This document shows positions 63,389 through 64,000 of a DNA stretch of 64,000 nucleotides, in pieces. Below the pieces are notes generated by a model, which ran no database searches, was not told the DNA's origin, and saw only the letters and a list, made by a program, of their open reading frames with translations. The stretch spans positions 21,948,001 to 22,012,000 of the forward strand of contig NC_043007.1 of the NCBI RefSeq assembly GCF_006345805.1, written 5' to 3'. The DNA is from Octopus sinensis (taxonomy: Eukaryota). How positions within the stretch are numbered: position 1 is the stretch's first letter; each line of letters opens with the position of its first letter. The translations under genes were made by a program, and so were the position numbers.

Positions 63389-63437
63389 ATTTCACATGTT
63401 TCGGTTGTTCTTGAAAAAAACGAACCTTATCAAAAAT
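63389..63437 (-). ncRNA. decayed hammerhead-like motif
   Basis: AUUU-UUGAUAA-GGUU...AACC-GAAA-CAUG-UG-AAAU; G at the cleavage position. Confidence 0.35.
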
Positions 63438-64000
63438 ACTTTTAAAAGTTAAGTGTAATAAAAAAGTTCATAGTTGTTTCTTACTAGCCTCAGAGTCCAC
63501 CTGGTGGTGTTTTGTGTGTGGGAGCATATTGGCAGTCTTGTGTATATATATATATATATATATAATTATATGTATTGAAAGATACAGAAAAGGAAATGAT
63601 TTTATTCTCAACTGCAGAATTATGCTAATAATATAGCATGAACAGGATATGTGTGTGTGTGTGTGTGCGTGTACATTGAAGAAATTGGGGTTCATCTAAT
63701 ATGTCCTTGCATCTTTTATACAGAGGAAAACCGTATTTATTTATTAATGTCATGTTTGAGGAATTACCAAATGTTTTCTGGTCACATGGCATTTTGTTCC
63801 CTAGGAGGATAATGCTTAAAAATATACTCCATGCTTACTACGGATTATCAAAGCAATGCTGGCTAAAAAAAGGTTTTGATTAGTCTCGTTTTCCCGTTTA
63901 CTAATTATTTTTTCCATTATGTTTATTTATTTATTTTTTTTCATATGTGACACGCAACAAGAGATAAGCTTTATCATTTCAAGTGATCGGTCTTATATTT

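Overview
AT-rich animal genomic DNA, most consistent with a coleoid cephalopod such as Octopus (inferred from the repeat landscape, not proven). Three host genes are supported. Two are intronless 315-aa RDH11/12/13/14-like SDRs in a convergent inverted duplication (20637-21584 +, 33279-34226 -). They are identical over residues 24-172, but 29 of their 36 differences fall in the substrate-binding loops. The third is an ATF3/Fos-family bZIP gene absent from the ORF track as a unit, reconstructed from three coding exons (44226-44056, 43087-42980, 42138-41107, minus strand, 436 aa), with a partly degenerate zipper. The rest is tRNA-derived SINEs, LINE relics (RTE, CR1-like), mariner, pogo, piggyBac, hAT and 8-bp-TSD MITEs, Helitrons and microsatellites. 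The most striking unexplained structure is a set of (TA)n-associated foldback repeats attributable to Penelope-like elements (PLEs). It includes a ~1.9-kb head-to-head GIY-YIG palindrome and five loci that fold as minimal type I hammerhead ribozymes, all deviating from consensus. A DR5+DR2 nuclear-receptor element followed by CCAAT and TATA lies ~11 kb upstream of the first SDR. All coordinates and identities were read by eye; repeat boundaries are approximate.
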